DNA of 3,772 bases from IMG/VR virus record IMGVR_UViG_2648501165_000014. One strand, 5' to 3'. Positions 1-3,772 of the stretch are shown piece after piece (position 1 is the stretch's first letter; each line of letters opens with the position of its first letter). The stretch comes from a virus (taxonomy: Duplodnaviria > Heunggongvirae > Uroviricota > Caudoviricetes). The position numbers and the translations under genes are program-made. Under the pieces are notes generated by a model. The model did no database searches and had not been told where the DNA came from. It worked only from the letters and a program-made list of their open reading frames with translations.

Positions 1-357
1 TTAAAAAATCAGAACGCCGTGCGGCCTCAACACCCGAAAGGCTTCTTTAAATCTCTGTCGCGAATCATCACGCCAGGCATCTTTATTCAGCCGTCCATAT
101 TTCTTTCCCATCCAGGCGTTATCACCAACACTCTCAAGATGCGGAGGGTCTAATACAACCATCGAAAAAGATGCGTCTGCAAATGATAATGCACGAAAAT
201 CTGCGATAATGTCAGGGCTGATAATCAAGCGTCTCCCATTGCGTAATGTGTATCCTTCTTTTCTGATATCGCTGAATATCGCCCGTTCGTCAGACTTATC
301 GAACCAGAACATGCGGCTGCCACAGCACATATCAAGAATGGTTGCCGGTGCACTCAC
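1..357 (-). CDS. Putative SAM-dependent methyltransferase-like protein (amino-methyltransferase motifs), 118 aa, possibly truncated
   Basis: Complete ORF with GTG start at 357-355 and TAA stop at 3-1. The start overlaps the upstream gene's TGA by 4 nt (GTGA), suggesting translational coupling. The protein has an N-terminal motif-I-like segment (ILDMCCGSR) and, about 60 aa later, a DPPH tetrapeptide preceded by hydrophobic residues (MVVLDPPH), resembling motif IV (D/N-P-P-Y/F/H) of N6-adenine/N4-cytosine and RsmD/HemK-type methyltransferases. It ends just after a strand-like segment (LRPHGVLIF), so it is short for a full methyltransferase fold. Family assignment is by motif only. Confidence 0.55.
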   Translation of the reverse strand: MSAPATILDMCCGSRMFWFDKSDERAIFSDIRKEGYTLRNGRRLIISPDIIADFRALSFADASFSMVVLDPPHLESVGDNAWMGKKYGRLNKDAWRDDSRQRFKEAFRVLRPHGVLIF

Positions 358-776
358 TGCGCCACGTCCTGAAAATTACCCTGATAGAAAGCCAGTATGC
401 GCTGCATAACTTCGCTCTTCCGGCACTCGCGACAGATTCTGTTTAGGCGACTGTCGTAGCGACGTATTTCTCCGTCAGGTGATGACCAGATAAGGTCCGG
501 ATCAACCACAGCAGGTTTCTTCACCTTTGCCCTCGAGAGTTTTTTGCGGGCGTTTTGCCAGTCCTTACGCGCCTGTTCAGAGGGGAATAACCCGTAGCCG
601 GAGTTGTATACATCGCCACTGGCTACCAGCTCTCTGGCAAGAACGCTCATCAGATATCTAGTCGCACCTGTTTTAGCTTCCAGTTGCCGTAACGTCTCAC
701 GGCCGCTCTGGCGCACGAGTTCCACCACCTGCCATTTAATTTTTTCCCGCTCTTCTTGTGTAAAAACTTTTGCCAC
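354..776 (-). CDS. Hypothetical protein, 140 aa, putative winged-helix/HTH DNA-binding N-terminus with a basic central region
   Basis: ORF with GTG start at 776-774, preceded on the - strand by a strong Shine-Dalgarno (AAGGGGGA) about 5-12 nt upstream, and TGA stop at 356-354. It lies 40 bp downstream of the O-like gene and is coupled to the downstream methyltransferase-like gene. The N-terminal ~60 aa (EEREKIKWQVVELVRQSGRETLRQLEAKTGATRYLMSVLARELVASGDV) has the look of a winged-helix domain; the centre is basic (ARKKLSRAKVKKP); there is a single CxxC (CRECR). No confident family assignment. Confidence 0.55.
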   Translation of the reverse strand: MAKVFTQEEREKIKWQVVELVRQSGRETLRQLEAKTGATRYLMSVLARELVASGDVYNSGYGLFPSEQARKDWQNARKKLSRAKVKKPAVVDPDLIWSSPDGEIRRYDSRLNRICRECRKSEVMQRILAFYQGNFQDVAQ

Positions 777-816
777 AAGTCCCCCTTAAAATTACCTCAT
801 GACCTGAAATCAACAC

Positions 817-1782
817 TTATCCTCTGAAACCAGGCGGAATTTCTGTATCCGGTTCAGAAATATGATTAACACAACGCTGTACAGGTGAACGTCCCAGGCG
901 GATGACCAGTTCGTCCCATTTTTCGCGGAGCTTTGACGGGCTCATGATGTTTTTTACCCAGAATGGATCTCGCTGAACCCGACCAAACATTTCGCAAATT
1001 TGTCTGTGGCTTCTGCCATCCAGCATCCGCATTGTGCGCACGTCATTGGCCCAGGCAGTCCAGTTAGGCTCTTTTGGTCGCATGATCTCGCCATCATCAC
1101 TGGCTGCCTGTTCGTAGAGACCCACGATCCGCCCCCAGATCCACTGCGCACACGCCAAATCCTCCCTGCTACCCCACTGGCGTTTTTTCGCACTAAACAC
1201 AACCGCGTCGGAGTTCCGGGTTAAAAAATCCTGTTCAGTCGTCTGCGGGTCCGGTTGCGAAGCTTCCGGACGAAAAGTGTTTTTATTCTCTGTAGTAATC
1301 TCTGTTGTATTCTCTGTAAGATCATCAGGCCATTTTGACCCGATGACATTGGGTCGTTTTGAACCAATGGAGCGTTTCATTTTGACCTCTTCCATCGTGT
1401 CATTTTGACCTGATGGAGCGGCGCATTTTGAACCGATGGATTCGCTCAATTTGCCACCATCTAAAAGCTCGCTCCCATAGTTGATCGTGTAGAAATTGGT
1501 CATATCGCGCTTTGATTTATTGAGCTTTTCACAACGCAAAAGCCCCAGCGTTTTCAGACTTGCAAACGCGCGCTTTAACGTTGACTCTGACCAGAATGGG
1601 AACTGTTCCAGCCATTGTTCCGTTGTGTTATAAATCCAGCGAACACCATCACATTCCATGCCGGAGTTGGTATCTCTCAACCAGTAGTGCAGTTGTTGCA
1701 AAACAATGGCTTCGTTTAAGCCAATTTTCATTGCCAGCTGCGTGTTTATAACCAGTGGGCGTTCAGCAAAAAGAAGGCTCAT
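817..1782 (-). CDS. Replication initiation protein, lambda O-like (phage replisome-organiser N-terminal winged-helix domain) with embedded iteron origin
   Basis: Uninterrupted frame 817-1836. The preferred start is ATG at 1782-1780 (MSLLFAERPLVINTQ...) with a GGATGG-like SD; the ORF-track start at 1836 is TTG with no SD. The N-terminal region (FAERPLVINTQLAMKIGLNEAIVLQQLHYWL...STLKRAFASLKTLGLL) resembles the O/DnaD-like replisome-organiser winged-helix. The central linker is encoded by tandem DNA repeats (SIGSK...SIGSKRPNVIGSK and TENTTEITTEN), as the lambda O gene contains ori-lambda iterons. Confidence 0.8.
   Translation of the reverse strand: MSLLFAERPLVINTQLAMKIGLNEAIVLQQLHYWLRDTNSGMECDGVRWIYNTTEQWLEQFPFWSESTLKRAFASLKTLGLLRCEKLNKSKRDMTNFYTINYGSELLDGGKLSESIGSKCAAPSGQNDTMEEVKMKRSIGSKRPNVIGSKWPDDLTENTTEITTENKNTFRPEASQPDPQTTEQDFLTRNSDAVVFSAKKRQWGSREDLACAQWIWGRIVGLYEQAASDDGEIMRPKEPNWTAWANDVRTMRMLDGRSHRQICEMFGRVQRDPFWVKNIMSPSKLREKWDELVIRLGRSPVQRCVNHISEPDTEIPPGFRG
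1286..1318. repeat. Three tandem 12-bp repeats (core TCTCTGT) in an AT-rich stretch flanking the iterons; candidate DNA-unwinding element of the origin
   Basis: TTCTCTGTAGTA / ATCTCTGTTGTA / TTCTCTGTAAGA, with the TCTCTGT core at 1287-1293, 1299-1305 and 1311-1317 (exact 12-bp period). They lie next to the iterons on the 3' side of the array in the O-gene reading direction and are flanked by T-rich sequence (GTGTTTTTATTC 1278-1289). This matches the iteron-then-AT-rich layout of lambda-type origins. Confidence 0.45.
1331..1460. repeat. Iteron array (putative replication origin) inside the O-like gene: about 5-6 direct repeats, consensus CATTTTGA(C/A)CnGATGGAGC, ~24-bp phasing
   Basis: Seen directly: CATTTTGACCCGATGACAT (1331), CGTTTTGAACCAATGGAGC (1355), CATTTTGACCTCTTCCATCG (1379, second half inverted), CATTTTGACCTGATGGAGC (1401), CATTTTGAACCGATGGATT (1425), and a degenerate CAATTTGCCACCATC (1448). 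Start-to-start spacing is 24, 24, 22, 24, 23 bp. Confidence 0.7.
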
Positions 1783-2222
1783 AATTCCATCCAGCTTTTT
1801 GTTGGTATTGCTGTCGATACGCAAGTTTGAAAGCAATTGCTTTTTCTATAAGTTCGTCAGTTTCACGATCCACTACGGCAGGATCAGCAAAAAGCAGTCC
1901 GGACTCCACCACATCGCCATATTCTTTGNNNNNNNNNNCACGTGATGCTTTTTCCGTCAGTAATTTCACGATACAACCTGAAATCATTAATCCGGATAGC
2001 CTCCATAATTGCAGGCACTAGCGCCGTGAACTTTTCACGCTTATCCCTGGTGTCGATAGCCTTCCAGCGTTCAAATATCTTCACTCGATTAACGCCAAGC
2101 GCTCGCTGATCAATCGCGCCACCTTCATATGTGACACGCTGAACATCGATGTTCGGGCGCTCTTTCAAAGCCGGCGCTCGTCTGATGTAAGAGATAAAGA
2201 AATCGATGAGCGAAGTAATCAT
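1763..2222 (-). CDS. Hypothetical protein of unknown function, reading frame interrupted by a 10-N assembly gap (apparent frameshift; possibly annotated as pseudogene or two fragments)
   Basis: The frame from ATG 2222-2220 (SD GGGAGAG 6 nt upstream; the ORF track's TTG at 2240 is less likely) is open down to the N-run and terminates 14 codons beyond it. A second frame is open from just upstream of the N-run to the stop at 1765-1763, running 55 codons past the gap. The simplest reading is one gene of about 150-160 aa whose frame is scrambled by the placeholder gap. The product is not recognisable. Confidence 0.45.
1929..1938. other. Assembly gap (run of 10 N)
   Basis: Literal nnnnnnnnnn in the sequence. 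The length is probably a placeholder, so the true sequence and length are unknown. Confidence 0.95.
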
Positions 2223-2457
2223 GATTGTCTCTCCCGGCAAATGGGTATCCGAAGAGCAGTTAATTGCGCTGAAAGGAATAAAAAAAGGTACGTTAAAAAA
2301 GGCCCGGGAAAAATCGTTTATGGAAGGAAGGGAATATAAGCATGTCGCTCATGACGGTATGCCATGGGATAACAGTCCATGCTTTTACAACCTGGAAGAA
2401 ATTGATCGCTGGATTGAGCGCCAGGCATCAGCGAGACCAAGACGTCATCTTACTTGA
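2206..2457 (+). CDS. xis: Excisionase-like protein (Xis; recombination directionality factor)
   Basis: Small basic ORF (83 aa from ATG 2206, or 78 aa from ATG 2221) immediately upstream of, and co-oriented with, the integrase (19 bp from the xis stop to the int ORF start). The sequence (WVSEEQLIALKGIKKGTLKKAREKSFMEGREYKHV...PCFYNLEEIDRWIE) has the character of enterobacterial prophage excisionase-like proteins. Stop is TGA at 2455-2457. Start codon is ambiguous, as neither ATG has a strong SD. Confidence 0.7.
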   Translation: MSEVIMIVSPGKWVSEEQLIALKGIKKGTLKKAREKSFMEGREYKHVAHDGMPWDNSPCFYNLEEIDRWIERQASARPRRHLT

Positions 2458-2491
2458 CTAAAAGCCACACTAACTAATGAGAGAAGTTGAA

Positions 2492-3772
2492 ATGAAATAT
2501 CCGACAGGCGTGGAAAACCATGGAGGGAAATTACGTATCTGGTTTGTTTATAAAGACGTAAGAGTCAGGGAAAATCTGGGGGTTCCTGACACAGCAAAAA
2601 ACAGGCGCGTTGCAGGTGAACTACGCTCCTCTGTTTGTTACGCAATAAAAACTGGTGTTTTCGACTATGCAAAACAGTTTCCCTCCTCACGCAATCTGGA
2701 AAAATTTGGTGAGGCCCGACAAGATTTAACCATAAAAGAACTGGCTGAAAAATTTCTGGCACTGAAAGAAACTGAAGTCGCCAAAACATCACTCAACACA
2801 TACCGTGCCGTCATCAAAAATATCCTGAGCATAATCGGTGAAAAAAATCTTGCCTCATCGATTAATAAAGAAAAATTACTGGAGGTTCGTAAAGAGTTAC
2901 TGACTGGATACCAGATCCCCAAAAGTAACTATATTGTTACACAACCAGGGAGATCGGCTGTAACTGTAAATAATTACATGACAAATCTTAACGCCGTGTT
3001 CCAGTTTGGTGTTGATAACGGTTACCTGGCAGATAATCCGTTTAAGGGGATCTCGCCATTAAAGGAATCAAGAACCATTCCGGATCCTCTTTCGCGGGAA
3101 GAATTTATCCGTCTTATCGATGCGTGCAGAAATCAGCAAGCAAAAAATTTATGGTGTGTTTCTGTTTATACTGGAGTTCGCCCTGGTGAGCTGTGTGCAC
3201 TTGGATGGGAGGACATAGATCTGAAAAATGGAACAATGATGATCAGGAGAAATTTAGCAAAAGACCGTTTCACGGTACCAAAAACACAGGCGGGAACCAA
3301 TCGGGTCATTCATCTTATTAAGCCAGCAATCGACGCTCTCCGGAGTCAGATGACATTAACGAGACTGAGCAAAGAGCATATCATTGATGTTCACCTCAGA
3401 GAGTATGGCAGAACAGAAAAACAAAAATGCACCTTTGTTTTTCAACCTGAAGTGTCAGCGAGAGTAAAAAATTATGGTGACCATTTTACCGTTGACTCAA
3501 TAAGGCAGATGTGGGACGCAGCGATAAAACGTGCCGGACTCCGCCATCGAAAATCATATCAGTCGAGACATACTTATGCCTGCTGGTCGCTGACAGCTGG
3601 TGCTAACCCGGCATTTATAGCAAACCAGATGGGCCATGCAGATGCGCAAATGGTATTTCAGGTATACGGAAAATGGATGTCTGAAAACAATAATGCACAG
3701 GTAGCTTTGTTAAATACACAGTTAAGCGAGTTTGCCCCAACCATGCCCCATAACGAAGCAATGAAAAATTAA
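2492..3772 (+). CDS. int: Tyrosine site-specific recombinase (phage integrase, lambda-Int family with N-terminal arm-type DNA-binding domain)
   Basis: The ORF is open from ATG 2477. The preferred start is ATG 2492 (MKYPTGVENHGGKLRIWF...), which has a purine-rich SD-like GAGAGAAG 5 nt upstream, whereas 2477 has none. The C-terminal catalytic domain shows the conserved tyrosine-recombinase signature residues: R in VYTGVRPGEL, the H-x-x-R box in SRHTYACWSL, H in MGHAD, and the nucleophile Y in VFQVYGKWM. The N-terminus (GGKLRIWFVYKDVR) resembles the arm-binding domains of enterobacterial prophage integrases. Stop is TAA at 3770-3772, the window end. Confidence 0.9.
   Translation: MKYPTGVENHGGKLRIWFVYKDVRVRENLGVPDTAKNRRVAGELRSSVCYAIKTGVFDYAKQFPSSRNLEKFGEARQDLTIKELAEKFLALKETEVAKTSLNTYRAVIKNILSIIGEKNLASSINKEKLLEVRKELLTGYQIPKSNYIVTQPGRSAVTVNNYMTNLNAVFQFGVDNGYLADNPFKGISPLKESRTIPDPLSREEFIRLIDACRNQQAKNLWCVSVYTGVRPGELCALGWEDIDLKNGTMMIRRNLAKDRFTVPKTQAGTNRVIHLIKPAIDALRSQMTLTRLSKEHIIDVHLREYGRTEKQKCTFVFQPEVSARVKNYGDHFTVDSIRQMWDAAIKRAGLRHRKSYQSRHTYACWSLTAGANPAFIANQMGHADAQMVFQVYGKWMSENNNAQVALLNTQLSEFAPTMPHNEAMKN

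Noticed and set aside
209-409. + strand ORF of 66 aa antisense to the methyltransferase-like gene (similar antisense ORFs at 604-789, 1000-1224, 1560-1751, 1706-1945, 1827-2021)
   Set aside because: All lie fully inside longer, better-supported - strand genes, have no recognisable motifs or ribosome-binding sites, and two of them run through the N gap. They are most likely shadow ORFs.
777-816. Possible terminator or promoter in the 40-bp gap between the O-like gene and the 140-aa gene
   Set aside because: No GC-rich hairpin followed by a T-run is present; the gap contains mainly the strong SD (AAGGGGGA) for the downstream gene, consistent with simple operon continuation.
954-1202. - strand 82-aa ORF inside the O-like gene in another frame, with a Gly/Ser-rich stretch
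   Set aside because: It is an out-of-frame overlap within the C-terminal domain of the O-like gene and has low-complexity composition; no independent evidence for a nested gene.
1331-1460. Short direct repeats that could be taken for a CRISPR-like array
   Set aside because: The repeats are contiguous at about 24-bp period without unique spacers, are degenerate, and lie entirely inside an open reading frame encoding a repetitive peptide linker. That is the signature of replication-origin iterons, not CRISPR.
1783-1836. N-terminal extension of the O-like ORF from a TTG at 1836 (MLSNLRIDSNTNKKLDGI...)
   Set aside because: The TTG has no Shine-Dalgarno and would overlap the upstream gene by about 74 nt. 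The ATG at 1782 has an SD-like GGATGG and begins directly at the conserved-looking winged-helix region. The extension cannot be excluded without homologue alignment.
2272-2316. Series of A-tracts (A7, A6, A5) that might be a bent-DNA or UP-element upstream of the leftward operon
   Set aside because: They are AAA/AAG lysine codons of the basic region of xis (KGIKKGTLKKAREK), and their spacing of about 14 bp is not helically phased, so they are adequately explained by coding.
2565-2922. Two - strand ORFs (75 and 85 aa) antisense to the integrase 5' region
   Set aside because: They are embedded in the well-supported integrase ORF, whose conserved catalytic residues fix the coding strand; likely spurious.
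1-3772. tRNA, rRNA or other structured RNA genes; toxin-antitoxin or defence-system genes
   Set aside because: Coding sequence covers essentially the whole window and I could not see cloverleaf-compatible segments or small paired ORFs with toxin-antitoxin character. Absence by eye is not proof; tRNAscan or Infernal would be needed to confirm.

Overview
This window reads as the integration/excision module of an enterobacterial lambdoid prophage or satellite-like integrative element, lying back-to-back with its replication module. On the + strand an excisionase-like gene (2206-2457) is followed 19-34 bp later by a tyrosine integrase (2477/2492-3772), evidently one operon. On the - strand a leftward operon runs from 2222 to 1: an uncharacterised gene broken by a 10-N assembly gap, a lambda-O-like replication initiator carrying an in-gene iteron origin (about six ~24-bp repeats plus three 12-bp repeats), a 140-aa putative winged-helix protein, and a short SAM-methyltransferase-like protein. 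Window edges coincide with the stop codons of the terminal genes, so att sites and flanking genes are not visible. I see no recognisable defence, toxin-antitoxin, CRISPR or RNA gene here; the notable points are the origin architecture, the zero-spacer divergent junction at 2206-2240, the absence of a visible immunity region or helicase loader, and the gap-disrupted unknown gene. All functional calls come from motif recognition by eye, not from database searches.
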